DNA from: Candidatus Zixiibacteriota bacterium
GTDB taxonomy: Bacteria; Zixibacteria; MSB-5A5; GN15; FEB-12
NCBI GenBank assembly: GCA_021163775.1
Contig: JAGGTI010000009.1
Coordinates: 12,897-76,896, forward strand
DNA: 64,000 nucleotides
Direction of reading: 5' to 3'
Below the pieces are notes generated by a model. That model had not been told where the DNA came from, did not search any database, and was given only the letters and a program-made list of their open reading frames with translations. Positions 1 to 9,754 of this stretch are shown piece by piece. Both the position numbers and the translations under genes were made by a program. Numbering within the stretch: position 1 is the stretch's first letter; each line of letters opens with the position of its first letter.

Positions 1-2262
1 TATGTGACACTGATCGACAGCACCGAACAGATTTCGGCCAACGACTCATTTACGGCCACACCAGAACTGTATTGTCGGTTGCTCAACACTCTGGGGCAGG
101 CACTTGCCGAATACAGTGAGTTTGAAACAGCACTGGACGCCTTTGAGCGCGCCATTGTAATGGACGAAGGTAATCAGCAACCGTACCTGAACCTGGCCTC
201 TCTGCTGGTCCGACAGAATCGCCGAGTGGAAGCTATCGAAGTCATTGAGCGAGGCGAATCATGTTGTCGTGAAAGCCAGGAACTGCGCCTCTTGCGCGAA
301 ACAACGATTAGACAGCCCACAATATCCGCCTGCCTGATTGTTAAAAACGAGGAAGAACTTCTGCCCGAATGTCTCGAGTCGATTCGGGACTGGGTTACTG
401 AGATCGTTGTTGTCGATACCGGCTCCACTGATCGCACAGTCGAAATCGCTAAAGAATATGGCGCTAGAGTTTATCATCAGAAATGGGAGAATAATTTCTC
501 CAAGCATCGCAATTATTCTATTGAGCTGGCCGAATGTGACTGGGTGTTCATAATTGATGCTGACGAACGATTTGTTCTCGATGATGTCCAACTCATAAAG
601 GATGTTATCAGGCGCGGCGAATTCGAGATGATCTCGGTGTCAGTCTACAATGAATACCGCTATAATAAAGATCTCTTAACGTATTCCAACTCGACCAGAT
701 TCTTCAAGCGTGATCTGAATTTGCGTTATAGCGGCATCGTGCATAATGAACTCCAACTGGCTAAAGGTAAGCAGGTTTTGGCAACGCCCGCACGACTCAG
801 GCACCTGGGTTACGGTCTGTCAACCGAGCAGATGGCCAGGAAATTCAAGCGCACCAGGGGACTCCTTCAACAGCAACTCAAGGAAAATCCGGACAATGTC
901 TTTGCCCTGTTTAACTATGCCCAGCTTCTAAGGGGTGCGTCCAATGAGTACGTTAAAGAAAATGCGGCCGAGATAATCAACGCCGCCGCACGTGTGGTTG
1001 AACTGACTTCACCCGATGAAAAAAACACTCGGCACTTGCATATAATGTGTCTTAACCATCTTGCCGCAGTGTATCTAATACAGAAAAAATACGAAGACGC
1101 ACGCAAAAGTGCTCAGGCGGCTCTGGATATTCACCCCAATTATCTTGATGCCCTGATTTACCTCGGTTTTGCGTATTATGAGTTGAAAGACTATCCTGCG
1201 GGGATAGTGCAGTTTGAGAAATATCTTGAGGCGCAAGCCGATTTTGATGGCTGGAAAGAAAACTCGCCGATTATCCTGGCTTGTCCTCAATCACGCGATC
1301 TGGCCTATACTCATATTGGCATCTTATCTGAATTAAGCGGCGAGACCGAGATCGCTCGTCAGAATTACCTGAAGGCTCTTGAGATCACCCCCGGTTACAA
1401 AGAAACCGCAACCTGGTTAGGCCGCTCATATTTGGCCGAAGGCGATCTCAAAAATGCCGAGAAATACTTCCAACACCAGTTGGATCATTCTAACGCCACA
1501 GTCGAGGCGTTGTTGGGGCTGGCCTCGATTTATGAAGAACGGCGGGAAATGACAAAGGCCGAGAGCCTGCTTACTAAGGCGACCGAATGTTTTCCTGATA
1601 ACTCCACAGTTTTTCTGGTTGCGGGAAAATTCCAGTTAAAATCAGATGATGACACAAGAGCGATTGCTCTTTTTGATCGAGCAATCGAAATTGGTGATGA
1701 TACCAGACATCTGGCTGTGAAAATTGCCAATACCTGCTTTGAGTATGCTCAATACGAACAAGCCGCTCACTACTATCAACAAGCGATTGAGGCCGGGGAA
1801 CCGTCTTCGGAGCTGTATAGCGATCTGGGCAATTGCTATTACAAGCAAAAGGAGTTTTCCCAGGCTGAGATTCAGTATTTGAAAGCCTGTGATATAACTC
1901 CCACAATACCTCAAGCGTATCGCAATCTGGGCCTGACTCAGACCCGTTTGAGCAAGCCAGAACAGGCGATATCAGCCCTGTCGCGCTATTTGGATGTCAG
2001 CCCAGACGAGCCGGAAATCCGCTTGTTATTGGCTGACCAGTATCGAACGGTCGGTGATTTCGAACCGGCCATCAAGCAATATGAAAATCTCCTGACCACC
2101 GCTCCCAATAACGCGGCCGCCCTAATTGGGTTGTCGGAGAGCTATCACCTTATGGGACATGGGGATGCGGCCCGACTCGGGTTTGAGCGACTCTTGGCGA
2201 TTGCCCCTGAATGCCAATTAGCCCGTGAGCGACTCCAACAGCTTTTGGGCGCTCCTCAATAG
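1..2262 (+). CDS. TPR / family-2 glycosyltransferase / TPR fusion protein; 5' end probably outside the window
   Basis: The frame is open back to base 1, so the track start (GTG at 4) is not compelling. The GT2 core is readable: ISACLIVKNEEELLPECLESI..VVVDTGSTDRTVEIA..FIIDADE. It is flanked by N-terminal and many C-terminal 34-aa TPR-like repeats. Stop TAG at 2260-2262. Confidence 0.75.
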   Translation, partial: YVTLIDSTEQISANDSFTATPELYCRLLNTLGQALAEYSEFETALDAFERAIVMDEGNQQPYLNLASLLVRQNRRVEAIEVIERGESCCRESQELRLLRETTIRQPTISACLIVKNEEELLPECLESIRDWVTEIVVVDTGSTDRTVEIAKEYGARVYHQKWENNFSKHRNYSIELAECDWVFIIDADERFVLDDVQLIKDVIRRGEFEMISVSVYNEYRYNKDLLTYSNSTRFFKRDLNLRYSGIVHNELQLAKGKQVLATPARLRHLGYGLSTEQMARKFKRTRGLLQQQLKENPDNVFALFNYAQLLRGASNEYVKENAAEIINAAARVVELTSPDEKNTRHLHIMCLNHLAAVYLIQKKYEDARKSAQAALDIHPNYLDALIYLGFAYYELKDYPAGIVQFEKYLEAQADFDGWKENSPIILACPQSRDLAYTHIGILSELSGETEIARQNYLKALEITPGYKETATWLGRSYLAEGDLKNAEKYFQHQLDHSNATVEALLGLASIYEERREMTKAESLLTKATECFPDNSTVFLVAGKFQLKSDDDTRAIALFDRAIEIGDDTRHLAVKIANTCFEYAQYEQAAHYYQQAIEAGEPSSELYSDLGNCYYKQKEFSQAEIQYLKACDITPTIPQAYRNLGLTQTRLSKPEQAISALSRYLDVSPDEPEIRLLLADQYRTVGDFEPAIKQYENLLTTAPNNAAALIGLSESYHLMGHGDAARLGFERLLAIAPECQLARERLQQLLGAPQ

Positions 2263-2329
2263 ACTTAAAAGACCCAAAAAAGACCTGAGAAAAGTTAAAG
2301 GAATTGGGGAATTTTTGTCTTATGAGCAG

Positions 2330-2356
2330 TTAAGTCAACCCAATATGTGCCGACTT
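2330..2356 (+). promoter_or_regulatory. candidate sigma-28 (FliA) type promoter upstream of flagellin
   Basis: TTAAGTCA-N11-GCCGACTT compared with the remembered consensus TAAAGTTT-N11-GCCGATAA. The GCCGA core and the spacing fit and the rest is partial. It would give a 5' UTR of about 215 nt. Confidence 0.35.
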
Positions 2357-2577
2357 AAGATATAAGAAAATATGAGATCTAAAAAAGGCCAAACAATTGG
2401 AAGGATTGAAAAACATACAAGGAGGGATAACAAAGCAATTAAGATCTCAGGGTGTTTATAGGAAACAGTACACCTTAGTACGACCACTACACATAGGAAG
2501 TGCAGGTCAACTTGATAATGACAATAAAAAAAAGGTAAGGAAACCTAATTTAATAATGTCACGGAGGAGATTGACTC

Positions 2578-4758
2578 ATGGCACTTCGCATTAATCACAA
2601 CATCGCGTCGTTGAACGCGAACCGGAACCTGGGATTGACTTCGGTCAACATGGAAAAATCCATGCAGAAGCTGTCTTCTGGTTATCGTATTAACGTTGCG
2701 GCTGATGATCCAGCCGGTTTGGTAATTTCGGAACAGTTCCGCGCACAGGTTGCGGGTCTGAACCGCGCTATCCAGAACTCGGAAGGATCCATCACAATGA
2801 TTCAAACGGCTGAAGGAGCCCTCACTGAGATCAACAACCTGCTGATCTCCATGAGAGAGCTGGCCATTCACGCCGGTAACGAAGGTTTTAACGATGCCGA
2901 TCAGTTGGCTGCTGACCAGGCGGAGATCGAGAATGCGATCAAGACTATCGATCGTATTGCGGCCACCACCCAGTTTGGTACCAAGAAATTGCTGGACGGT
3001 TCCAAGGAGAATGTTGCCAGCATTACTTCGAACGACAGTACTGGACTGACTATCAAGAATTCCGGTTTATCGTCCGGTACCCATTATGTTACGACAACGA
3101 AGACGGCCGATTCAACGTCCTCGCTCAACGTGCAGAACCTGGGTCTGTCCCTGTCCAATACCGATGGTGACCCCGTCAATTTGACCAGTGGGGTTCATAA
3201 CATCGATGTTGTTCAGTCTTCGGCTGGCGCCGAAAAGATCTCGGGTACCGTAACATCCATTGGCAACGATGCTTTTGGTAATGCTTTTACTGTTGCTGGG
3301 ACGGCCACTCAGGCATCGATTGTTTCCGGTGGTGCTATTGCGGCGGTTACTGCCGGAGTAGCGGGTTCCTACACGTACTACGTGAACTTCCAGGAGAACG
3401 GTGGTAGCGCGACAGGCGTGCAGAGCCTGACTATCGATGCTGTTGTTGATGATGTTACCGCCGACTTTGCCACCAAGCTCACTACCGCCATTGGCAATAA
3501 CGCTGCCTTGGCTGGCAAGGTTCAGGCTGTCGACGGTGGTGCCGGTGTAGGCCTCAAACTGCAGGCTGTTAATGAAGGTACCCAGTACTCTATTCAGACT
3601 CTGGCTACTACGACTACCGCCACTGCGGCGGCGGCTAACTCCACTTTGGCCGCGGCCGATGCTCGTGGTGTTTCTCTTAACGTCCTAAACTTTGACTGGA
3701 ATACTTCGGCTGGTGCTAACGTGGGTACGGCTGTAACTTTGGCGGCCGCAAGCTATGCCGACATGGACGCATTGGTGGCTGCGCTGAACGTGGGGATCGT
3801 CGCCGCGGCTGATGTCGCCGTTGGTGGTACCGACGAAGAGTTGTACGCCGAAGTCTACGATACCAACAAGATCAGGTTTGCCACTCGCGACGAGGGTTCG
3901 CTTTACACGCTGACCACGAATGCTGGTACCGCAGGAACTTCTAACCTGCGCTCGGCATTGAATCTGTCGACCGATGTGGCCGCTAATACTGGCACCGACG
4001 CGGTTTTGACTCTTGATGGATATACCAACACCATCAATCGTGTTGACTGGGCGCAGTCAACGACTACCAAAACATTGGAAAATGCCGCTCTCACCGACTC
4101 GGATCGTGGTACTGTAACAATGTCTGTTGGCAATGCTCAGACAGGTATTAACGCCGGTAGTATGTTACTCTCTGTCACAGCGGCTCAATTCGATGTGCGC
4201 CTTGATGGTGGTCCGGCGACTTCGGTTAGTGGTGGTACGTTCGGATCGGTCTTTAATTCAGATCGTTCTGAGTCACTACAGTTAATGATCGATTTGACTT
4301 CAAGCGGTGGCACTGAGACCATCAACAGTACTGATCAGTCGCTGGTTTTCCAGATTGGTGCTAACGTTGGTCAGACCGAGAGTATCTCGTTGCGGAATAT
4401 GTCTGCTACGGCGCTGGGTAAGAACATAGTTGATAACCTGTTTAACGATCTTTCCAAGATCGATGTTACCACGACTCAGGGTGCCCAGGATTCTCAATCG
4501 GTTATCGATGCCGCTATCAATGAGGTTTCCACTACTCGTGGTACCTTGGGTAGTTTCCAGAAGAACACTCTGGAATCCAACCTGAGAAACCTCCGGATCG
4601 CCTCTCAGAACCTACAGGCTTCTGAGTCACAGATTCGTGATACTGATATGGCTATGGAGATGTCAAACTTTACCCAGGCTCAAATCCTGATGCAGGCTGG
4701 TGTTGCCATGATTAGTCAGGCTAACCAGGCCCCGCAGGTAGTGTTGTCACTCTTCTAG
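2578..4758 (+). CDS. fliC: flagellin with a very large central variable domain (726 aa)
   Basis: N terminus MALRINHNIASLNANRNLG..LSSGYRINVAADDPAGL and C terminus TRGTLGSFQKNTLESNLRNLR..MSNFTQAQILMQAGVAMISQANQAPQVVLSLF are classic flagellin D0/D1 helices. SD GGAGGAG lies 5-6 nt before the ATG. Confidence 0.95.
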   Translation: MALRINHNIASLNANRNLGLTSVNMEKSMQKLSSGYRINVAADDPAGLVISEQFRAQVAGLNRAIQNSEGSITMIQTAEGALTEINNLLISMRELAIHAGNEGFNDADQLAADQAEIENAIKTIDRIAATTQFGTKKLLDGSKENVASITSNDSTGLTIKNSGLSSGTHYVTTTKTADSTSSLNVQNLGLSLSNTDGDPVNLTSGVHNIDVVQSSAGAEKISGTVTSIGNDAFGNAFTVAGTATQASIVSGGAIAAVTAGVAGSYTYYVNFQENGGSATGVQSLTIDAVVDDVTADFATKLTTAIGNNAALAGKVQAVDGGAGVGLKLQAVNEGTQYSIQTLATTTTATAAAANSTLAAADARGVSLNVLNFDWNTSAGANVGTAVTLAAASYADMDALVAALNVGIVAAADVAVGGTDEELYAEVYDTNKIRFATRDEGSLYTLTTNAGTAGTSNLRSALNLSTDVAANTGTDAVLTLDGYTNTINRVDWAQSTTTKTLENAALTDSDRGTVTMSVGNAQTGINAGSMLLSVTAAQFDVRLDGGPATSVSGGTFGSVFNSDRSESLQLMIDLTSSGGTETINSTDQSLVFQIGANVGQTESISLRNMSATALGKNIVDNLFNDLSKIDVTTTQGAQDSQSVIDAAINEVSTTRGTLGSFQKNTLESNLRNLRIASQNLQASESQIRDTDMAMEMSNFTQAQILMQAGVAMISQANQAPQVVLSLF

Positions 4759-4784
4759 AACGATTGTATTATTAGTTGAGAGTT

Positions 4785-4804
4785 GGGAGAGAGTAATCTC
4801 TCCC
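4785..4804 (+). terminator. GC-rich hairpin after flagellin (possible partial terminator, no U tract)
   Basis: GGGAGAGA-gtaa-TCTCTCCC, a perfect 8-bp stem 27 nt after the flagellin stop. It is followed by atctcctcaaaac, which is not U-rich. Confidence 0.3.
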
Positions 4805-4864
4805 ATCTCCTCAAAACTTAAACAAGGTAGATGACAGTGATGTCGAGCTGTTGATAGGAAAAAC

Positions 4865-7207
4865 ATGCCAGGCACCAATTCCATCGACGGATTAGTCTCC
4901 GGTTTAGATACCACAAGTATTGTAGACGCCATGATCGAATTCGAACGGCGTCCCGCTCTATTTATGGAGGTTGACCAGGCCCAGAAGACTAATATCATAT
5001 CTACCTTAAAAGCGCTTCAGGCCAAAGTATTTGCATTCCAGTCCAAGTCTCAGCAACTCACCTACAAATCCAGCTTTGAAAAAGCATCGGTTGCTGTTAC
5101 TGATGAATCATATCTGACCGCCACCGCCTCTGGACGGGTCGGGGTCGGATCGTACGATCTGCGGGTCAACTCGGTTGCTCGCAACCACCAAATAGCATCT
5201 CAGGGTTTCTCGGCCGATGAGCTTAACGCCTTCGGCACCGGCACTATTGAAGTCGGCGTGGGTAGCGCCTCGGCACAGACAATCACGATTGACGCTTCCA
5301 ACAACAACATGACGGCCATCAAAGACGCCATCAACGATGCCAAGGTTGGGATCACCGCTTCAATTATCAACGACGGATCCTCATCCAATCCGTATCGACT
5401 CATTCTGAGTGCCAATGAGACCGGGTTAAGCAACGATATTTCGATCACTTCCAATTTGACCGGTGGGGCCAACTTCAATTATTCGACGGCTTCGTTTGAT
5501 GTCCCGGAAAACCTGGTAATGGATTCCGGCTCAAGTTCTCAAATCTCGCTGGGTGCTTCGGCCGTATATACCGGTAGCGTGAACAAGGCTTATACTTTCA
5601 CCGTGCAGGGTACCGGTAGTCAGACAATTGGAACCGACAACATCACGATCGACTGGACTGATGGCACCAACTCCGGCTCGATAGTGGTTACTCAGGCAGA
5701 CCTTGAAATGGATTTAGTCGGTGTTGGTGCCGATGGTCTGAAACTATCGTTTTCCGCAGGTGAACTGAATGCCGGAGATGTTTTCCAAGTCCAGACATTT
5801 GCTTCTCTTTTGCAGGAATCATCCAATGCTGAAATCCAGTTTGGCTCGACCGGTGGCTCAGGTTCACCGATAACAGTAGTCAGCGAAAATAACAAGTTTA
5901 GCGATGTCATCGCCGGTGTGGTGCTTGATGTTAAAGACGAAACTCCGACCGGTGAATGGGTTACCGTTACAACCGATGTTGATGTCAGTGGAATAAAACA
6001 GGCGCTCAAGGGTTTCATTGATGCTTATAATGACATCAACACATTTATTGATAACCAAAACAAATATACCGAAGAGACTGGCGAGTCTGGTGTGTTGCTG
6101 GGTGACAACATTGTGCAGACCGTGCAATCGCGACTGCGCAGTTTGTTCAGCACCGCGGTCAACACCGAGACAGATCAATTTCAGTATCTTTCGTCAATTG
6201 GCATACGAACTGGTTCCGATGGCAAGTTGTCGATCAAAGACAGTGGTCGACTTGAGGACGCCTTACGGGATAACCTCGATGATGTGATCGCACTTTTTAC
6301 CGACTCAGGTTATGCTTCTACCAGTGCCATTGAACTTGTCTCAGCCTCGACCGACTCCCGTGAAGGTGAGAACTATGCAGTAGACATTACGCAAGCGGCG
6401 GCACGGGGATATTACACGGGGGCTGACATCACCGACCCGGGTTCGTCTTCGCTGGTACTTGACTCCACCAATAACCGCCTTAAAATTACAATCAATGGTC
6501 GTGAGTCGGAAGAAATTGTCCTGACGGCCAAATCATACGACAGCAGTGCCGAGCTTGTCAATGAGCTGCAGTTGCGAATAGATAATGATAGAACAGTTGG
6601 TGCTACCGGGTTGACCGTTTCCTGGATGGACGATGGAGGTGGCGGTGGTCATCTGGTATTGACCAGCTCCGCCTATGGTAAAACCTCTACTGTTGGCATC
6701 AGCACTTCTCAGGATAATAACGCCGCTGTATTGCTTGGTCTGGGGACTGGTGTGGCTACCGCTGGCCTTGATGTTGAAGGTACAATTAACGGCGAAGAAG
6801 CCTCCGGTTCGGGGCAGTATTTGAGCGGCAACGGTGACAACGAGACCACCGCCAGCCTTAAACTGAAAATTACTCTTGATGCCTCCCAGGTTGGTTCGGG
6901 TACTGAAGGTACAATTACGCTGGCCAAGGGTGTAGCTTCGAAGATGAATGTTCTTTTAACCGGACTGACTGAATCGCAGACCGGATTGTTAGACAGCAGG
7001 ATCGCTTCTTACCAGGGTCAGGTTGACAATTTGGCCGACCGGATTGCCGATTTTGATGAACGTATGGTCTTGCGCCGGAAACGCCTGATGTTGCGGTTCC
7101 AACGAATGGAAGAAGTTCTGGGTCAATTAGGAGCACAGGGCGACTACATCGCCTCACAGGTTAGTAGCTTAAATGCCAATTGGGCACAGATATCCAGTAA
7201 TCGTTAA
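4865..7207 (+). CDS. fliD: flagellar filament cap protein FliD (hook-associated protein 2), 780 aa
   Basis: N terminus IDGLVSGLDTTSIVDAMIEFERRP and C-terminal coiled coil LDSRIASYQGQVDNLADRIADFDERMVLRRKRLMLRFQRME are typical of FliD. It sits between the flagellin gene and fliS. Confidence 0.9.
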   Translation: MPGTNSIDGLVSGLDTTSIVDAMIEFERRPALFMEVDQAQKTNIISTLKALQAKVFAFQSKSQQLTYKSSFEKASVAVTDESYLTATASGRVGVGSYDLRVNSVARNHQIASQGFSADELNAFGTGTIEVGVGSASAQTITIDASNNNMTAIKDAINDAKVGITASIINDGSSSNPYRLILSANETGLSNDISITSNLTGGANFNYSTASFDVPENLVMDSGSSSQISLGASAVYTGSVNKAYTFTVQGTGSQTIGTDNITIDWTDGTNSGSIVVTQADLEMDLVGVGADGLKLSFSAGELNAGDVFQVQTFASLLQESSNAEIQFGSTGGSGSPITVVSENNKFSDVIAGVVLDVKDETPTGEWVTVTTDVDVSGIKQALKGFIDAYNDINTFIDNQNKYTEETGESGVLLGDNIVQTVQSRLRSLFSTAVNTETDQFQYLSSIGIRTGSDGKLSIKDSGRLEDALRDNLDDVIALFTDSGYASTSAIELVSASTDSREGENYAVDITQAAARGYYTGADITDPGSSSLVLDSTNNRLKITINGRESEEIVLTAKSYDSSAELVNELQLRIDNDRTVGATGLTVSWMDDGGGGGHLVLTSSAYGKTSTVGISTSQDNNAAVLLGLGTGVATAGLDVEGTINGEEASGSGQYLSGNGDNETTASLKLKITLDASQVGSGTEGTITLAKGVASKMNVLLTGLTESQTGLLDSRIASYQGQVDNLADRIADFDERMVLRRKRLMLRFQRMEEVLGQLGAQGDYIASQVSSLNANWAQISSNR

Positions 7208-7246
7208 GTCTGAATTGATTAAATATACGTCATAATAGGAGAAGTT

Positions 7247-7696
7247 ATGGACGGGAAAATTGCCGCGTACAGGCACGCCGACACAATGGGAAAGTCACAG
7301 ATTGATCTGATACTAATGGTCTATGATGGAGCGATCAAAGCTCTAAGGGATGCGACCAATCATTATAGCAAGAACGAAAATGATGCCGGATACGAACAGC
7401 TTCAGCACGCCAAACGGTTTATCACGCATCTTTATACCACGCTCGATATGTCCAGGGGTGGTGAGGTCGCAGAGAATCTGAGCAAAATGTACGTATGGAC
7501 CATCAGTCAGTTATTTGTTGTTGAAGCCTCCAAGGATGTCGATGAACTCGGGTCGGTGACCAAGGTGATGGAGAACCTTCGGTTCGCCTGGGCCGAAATT
7601 AAGGAGCAACAGGACGGCGATGTTCCCGTAGTCAGTCAGACTGACGAGGTTACCGAAATTCCTGAACTGAATGAAGAATTTGTCACTACAGGCTGA
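7247..7696 (+). CDS. fliS: flagellin-specific chaperone FliS
   Basis: 149 aa with LILMVYDGAIKALRDA..HAKRFITHLYTTLD, a FliS-like four-helix pattern. SD AGGAG upstream. Synteny fliD-fliS. Confidence 0.85.
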   Translation: MDGKIAAYRHADTMGKSQIDLILMVYDGAIKALRDATNHYSKNENDAGYEQLQHAKRFITHLYTTLDMSRGGEVAENLSKMYVWTISQLFVVEASKDVDELGSVTKVMENLRFAWAEIKEQQDGDVPVVSQTDEVTEIPELNEEFVTTG

Positions 7697-7699
7697 GCT

Positions 7700-8161
7700 A
7701 TGAAAAAAAACAGCAACAACGCTATCACACAACTGGAACAGAAGCTTCTGAAGATTTTGAAGGAAGAGTATTCTTTTTATCAGTCACTCTATATTCTGCT
7801 GGACAAACAACGTGATATTATCAAATATGATCGCGATGACAACCTGCTTGATCTCTACGCTGAAATAGAGAGGTGTCAGCGGCGCATCCAGGAATCGGAG
7901 ACTAAAGTGACGTCGATTCGTGAGAGCGATCCGAGGCTGTTTCGCCTGGCTTCGATTTACCCCGAAATTCGCAAAACGGTCAACAGCATTATCACATTGG
8001 TGAAAAAGAATCTGGCGCTGATCGAAGATAATAAGGAATATGCGACCAATCGTCATGATAGGATCAAGAGTGAGATGAATGATCTGCGCAGTAGTGGTAA
8101 GATATTACAGTACATTGCAGATATGGATCCGTCGCCACAATTTGTGAATGGCAAGAGATAG
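7700..8161 (+). CDS. FlgN-family flagellar export chaperone (tentative)
   Basis: 153-aa helical protein with LEQKLLKILKEEYSFYQSLYILLDKQRDIIKYD, resembling the FlgN family. It lies 3 nt after the fliS stop and before flgM. Confidence 0.5.
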   Translation: MKKNSNNAITQLEQKLLKILKEEYSFYQSLYILLDKQRDIIKYDRDDNLLDLYAEIERCQRRIQESETKVTSIRESDPRLFRLASIYPEIRKTVNSIITLVKKNLALIEDNKEYATNRHDRIKSEMNDLRSSGKILQYIADMDPSPQFVNGKR

Positions 8162-8232
8162 TAACCGGAGGAGACCGGAAGCTACTCCTAAAGAAGAAAC
8201 AGGACTCCACCGATAGGATAGGTAGAGGTGAA

Positions 8233-8562
8233 ATGATGGAAATAGGACCTTTGTCAAACCATCAGTCAGGACAGCAGTCAGAAAGGCCAGAGAAGCCGGC
8301 ACCGAAATGTATGAATTCGGAACCAAATCGGGAAATAGTCGATCGGATTGATATTTCGCTCGATGCTCGGGCCCGTCTGTCAGAGTTGGCAGACCAGGAA
8401 CTAAAAAAGGAGCGTTCGGTCCCAACCCTCGTCGACCCCAGCCAGTTGAAGGGAGCCGCTCGAATCGATGCTATACGCCGCCGAGTCGAGACCGGATTCT
8501 ACGACAAGCCGGAAGTACGGGCCAGGATCGCCGACAATTTGATTGATGACTGGAACAGTTGA
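8233..8562 (+). CDS. flgM: anti-sigma-28 factor FlgM
   Basis: 109 aa with a disordered N terminus and C terminus RIDAIRRRVETGFYDKPEVRARIADNLID, which matches the FlgM C-terminal helix pattern. SD GAGGTG upstream. Confidence 0.75.
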   Translation: MMEIGPLSNHQSGQQSERPEKPAPKCMNSEPNREIVDRIDISLDARARLSELADQELKKERSVPTLVDPSQLKGAARIDAIRRRVETGFYDKPEVRARIADNLIDDWNS

Positions 8563-9466
8563 AGCCACTGAAGGACAAAGTTTGATAGAGTCTGCTATTG
8601 ACAACAAAGCCAAGCAAGTCGTCTCAAACATTCGCAACTTGCCAACGCCACCGATTGTTTTTCACCAGATTCAAAAGGTGATCAATGATCCTATGGTTTC
8701 GGCCGGCCAGATAGCCAAGATTCTCCAGGAGGATCCGGCTATGTCGGTCAAGGTGCTCAAACTCACTAACTCGGCTTTTTACGGCCTCTCGCGTGAAATT
8801 GAATCAGTTAAGCAGGCAGTTGTTATTGTCGGACTTGAAGCGATCAAGAACCTGGTGCTATCCGCCTCTGTCCTCGATATGTTCAAGGGCAAGGATATTG
8901 ATCAAGAGTTCCAGGATAAATTCTGGCGCCATTCGCTCGCAGTTGGGTTCTGTGCTCGGCTGTTAGCACGGAGAGCCAGGGCGCGGGGGATGATTGACCC
9001 TGATTCAGCTTTCTCAGGAGGTTTGCTTCATGATATCGGTAAAGTAATCCTCTGTTGTTTCCTACCGAAAGAACACGCCGCGGTCAAGGAAGCGCGGGAA
9101 ACCAACGCTGAAATGGAGTCTTTCCTATTGGAAGAACAGGTTATTGGTTACAATCATTCTCAGATTGGAAATATCCTCGCAAAACAGTGGAAACTTCCGT
9201 CTCGACTGTCGGATGCCATATCTTACCACCACTTTCCAGAGGCTTGTGAGAGCGACGATTTGATTCCATATATTATCAATGTGGCAAACTATGTAGCGAA
9301 AGATACGTTCTATGATGATGACGATCGACCGATGGTCGGCTCGGTCGGTGAGGGTGTACTGGAGTTTTTACAGATAGACGAAGCCGCGTTGGAAGTATTA
9401 TCTGAAGACCTGCGTGAGGAATACCTCAAATCGGAAACCTTCATGCAAATGGCTGGATTGGCTTGA
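8543..9466 (+). CDS. HDOD domain signalling protein
   Basis: LPTPPIVFHQIQKVINDPMVSAGQIAKILQEDPAMSVKVLKLTNSAFYGL..GGLLHDIGKVIL..SYHH. The start overlaps the flgM 3' end by 20 nt. Confidence 0.85.
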   Translation: MMTGTVEATEGQSLIESAIDNKAKQVVSNIRNLPTPPIVFHQIQKVINDPMVSAGQIAKILQEDPAMSVKVLKLTNSAFYGLSREIESVKQAVVIVGLEAIKNLVLSASVLDMFKGKDIDQEFQDKFWRHSLAVGFCARLLARRARARGMIDPDSAFSGGLLHDIGKVILCCFLPKEHAAVKEARETNAEMESFLLEEQVIGYNHSQIGNILAKQWKLPSRLSDAISYHHFPEACESDDLIPYIINVANYVAKDTFYDDDDRPMVGSVGEGVLEFLQIDEAALEVLSEDLREEYLKSETFMQMAGLA

Positions 9467-9495
9467 CATACAGAGACTTACGGGAATGACTACGG

Positions 9496-9524
9496 CCCCG
9501 CATTCGCCATGCGGGGTTTTGTCT
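9496..9524 (+). terminator. Rho-independent terminator of the flagellar/HDOD unit
   Basis: CCCCGCAT-tcgcc-ATGCGGGG followed by TTTTGTCTT, 30 nt after the HDOD stop. Confidence 0.7.
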
Positions 9525-9679
9525 TGGCTTTCAACAGATGATCTCTCGGAACAGTAATCCGTGGTTTTTAGGTGGGCTTGTTTCTACTGAAGAACAAGAA
9601 CTTTACAGACTTGTTGTAACCCGAGAGTTAAGACCTTTTCCTGCATAGAGTTTGAGCTTTTACAGGCTCAAGAATTCTG

Positions 9680-9708
9680 TTGACAAATTCGATATTACTG
9701 TATAGTAT
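9680..9708 (+). promoter_or_regulatory. sigma-70 type promoter for tRNA-Val (and possibly thrS)
   Basis: TTGACA (9680-9685), 17 nt, TAGTAT (9703-9708). Confidence 0.5.
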
Positions 9709-9719
9709 GGCCTTTCCCT

Positions 9720-9742
9720 CGAAACCGACTCGGTTTCGTTTT
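9720..9742 (+). other. perfect hairpin plus T4 between the promoter and the tRNA (leader structure or attenuator, function unknown)
   Basis: CGAAACCG-act-CGGTTTCG followed by TTTT, then GGGGG. The flanking CCC/GGG could extend the stem. Confidence 0.3.
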
Positions 9743-9754
9743 GGGGGCAGGTGT

